Sequence record: PP456877.1
Strand: one strand, 5' to 3'
Length of the DNA stretch: 64,000 nucleotides
Of the stretch, positions 59,396-64,000 are shown piece by piece; position 1 is the first letter of the stretch; the number at the start of each line of letters is the position of its first letter. The notes beneath the pieces are model-generated. The model searched no databases, was not told where the DNA came from, and saw nothing but the letters and a program-made list of their open reading frames with translations. The position numbers and the translations under genes were made by a program.

Positions 59396-60582
59396 GTTGT
59401 TAGTTCCTTACAAATAAACTTGATAACGTGATCACTTACAAATTTCAATGGACCAGAACAATTAGATTTCTCAATAGCGGTTCCAGTGTATGAAATTATT
59501 TGATTTCCACTTAAGGATAATGAATCAAATAATTCATAAGAGTTATTATTTTTATTCTTAAAGGATACTGCATATTGACTATTTTCACTATTGATGCAAA
59601 ATAGGTTAATAGCTGGGATAGATACAGAGTTATCTGAAGTATGGCTATTTTCCGTAATATTCCAATTACTGTATACAGTGAAAATATTTGCAGCTAGTAA
59701 AAGGTTGGCATTAACCGTTTCTAAACTAACATACTCCACAGAAGTACCTTTATGCCAATATAGTTCAATTGGATTAACCCAAGTATACCCAATGGTTTTA
59801 TAGAAGGCATGCATTACATATTCTCGCCAACGTGTGGGTTTCTTATTATCAGTTAAAACACACGTAATATTGCCTGACGGATAAATGTGGTGGATGCTAC
59901 ATGCATTAATTTCATCTCTAACATTAGTTGTTTCAGTAATATTAGAATGATCCTGTTTGAATAGCCATTTTAAATGACTATTAGTTGTGTCATCACCTTC
60001 CCCATTTGCAATGTCATTTTCTAACCACTTTTCAAATGTAGCTTGTCTATCAGGTGTTGGCATTCCCCAATAGGTAGCTAAAATGAAACGATAATAGTAT
60101 CGAATAATATCATCATCGTTAAGAATATTTTTATCCAGTTTCCAGTGATGTTGATACTCGTATACTTCGCTTGGAATATTATTTACTTGATACCATGTAT
60201 TAATTAATACTTGAATTGTTAATTGCCGAATACTCTCACTTGTTAGAGTGTAATATTCCCTGCTATGCGGCTCTTCAATTGTCACTTCTTGATCAGTATA
60301 ACCAATGTATTTAGGTTTACCATCGATGAGTGCAAAATTAACATTCCATGATGTATCATTACTAAAAGTGATATTAATAAAACCTTGTTCAAAGCTAGGC
60401 TTCACTACGAAACTGACATCATCCTTCTGATATGTCATTTGCGTTAGAATACCAAAATTAATTTTAGATGTAAATTCTTTATCGAAGTTATGTTTATAAA
60501 GTAATCCTAGTAAACAATCAATTTTATTAATAGTGTGGTTTTCTAATAATAAATCAGTATTTGTAAGTTCATTAATTTTCAT
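59386..60582 (-). CDS. AT-rich hypothetical early protein
   Basis: GAGG RBS; first ORF after an early promoter. Confidence 0.7.
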   Translation of the reverse strand: MKINELTNTDLLLENHTINKIDCLLGLLYKHNFDKEFTSKINFGILTQMTYQKDDVSFVVKPSFEQGFINITFSNDTSWNVNFALIDGKPKYIGYTDQEVTIEEPHSREYYTLTSESIRQLTIQVLINTWYQVNNIPSEVYEYQHHWKLDKNILNDDDIIRYYYRFILATYWGMPTPDRQATFEKWLENDIANGEGDDTTNSHLKWLFKQDHSNITETTNVRDEINACSIHHIYPSGNITCVLTDNKKPTRWREYVMHAFYKTIGYTWVNPIELYWHKGTSVEYVSLETVNANLLLAANIFTVYSNWNITENSHTSDNSVSIPAINLFCINSENSQYAVSFKNKNNNSYELFDSLSLSGNQIISYTGTAIEKSNCSGPLKFVSDHVIKFICKELTTCR

Positions 60583-60635
60583 TTTAACCTCTCTAAAATT
60601 TACAATCTAGTTTTACTTATTGAATAAGCAAACAT

Positions 60636-60660
60636 GTAATATATATCTTAATTATTTTTT
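60636..60660 (-). promoter_or_regulatory. Early promoter
   Basis: AAAAAATAATTAAGATATATATTAC. Confidence 0.75.
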
Positions 60661-60677
60661 AGCATAGTTTTTAACAA

Positions 60678-60707
60678 CATAAAGCCTCCCCGAAGGGAGG
60701 CGATATG
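60678..60707 (-). terminator. Hairpin ending the tail operon
   Basis: GCCTCCC-CGAA-GGGAGGC. Confidence 0.75.
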
Positions 60708-60709
60708 CT

Positions 60710-60891
60710 TTAGCTTTTTTGGTTAGTACCGACAGTCTGCTCATTCTTTTCAGTTTGAGCATTTCGCCGAAGTTGACTAACCAGACCATTGCCAGCCGCA
60801 ACTACATCGGGAGAAAAGAATGCATTGATATCAAAGTTCTGATCTTGGTTGCGAGTCTTCCCAGGTGGGACCATCGGATATACTTTTGCCA

Positions 60892-60892
<1 letters not shown>
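60710..60892 (-). CDS. Small protein coupled to the tail tube gene
   Basis: TAATG overlap. Confidence 0.7.
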
Positions 60893-61776
<884 letters not shown>

Positions 61777-61804
61777 ACTTTTCCTCATTCTGAAAGCCAC
61801 CCAC

Positions 61805-63943
<2,139 letters not shown>

Positions 63944-63955
63944 CTAACAGTCAAT

Positions 63956-63982
63956 CATAGATATTAATCATAGTTGACCATA
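63956..63982 (-). promoter_or_regulatory. Candidate late (nvRNAP) promoter(s)
   Basis: Three TATG on the - strand upstream of the sheath gene; a 4-mer, so weak evidence. Confidence 0.35.
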
Positions 63983-64000
63983 CTAGTTATTTTTTACTAT

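Overview
A 64-kb segment of a nucleus-forming jumbo phage closely related to Pseudomonas phage phiKZ (Chimalliviridae). It corresponds roughly to phiKZ gp29-gp85 read in reverse, so most genes lie on the - strand. Orthologue numbers come from recognised sequences plus gene order, not from a database search. Recognisable genes: tail sheath and tube, Dip, PhuZ tubulin, both halves of a split family-B DNA polymerase, chimallin (ChmA), four non-virion RNA polymerase subunits, one virion RNA polymerase subunit, PicA/Imp1, a ChmC-like protein, an SbcD-like nuclease and an SF2 helicase. The main signals missed by the ORF track are five. (1) The nvRNAP beta' gene is split by three group I introns, and the catalytic ADFDGD is encoded by an 18-nt micro-exon. 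The middle intron carries a NUMOD4-HNH endonuclease with an in-frame stop. (2) A T7 slippery site predicts a -1 frameshift joining a Zn-motif protein to a start-less downstream frame, like tail-assembly chaperones G/GT. (3) A ~320-nt highly structured non-coding RNA follows chmA. (4) A diverged 101-nt junction duplication brackets a captured early gene. (5) Several hidden small ORFs and repeated hairpin-plus-early-promoter junctions delimit accessory cassettes. No tRNA or CRISPR array was seen.
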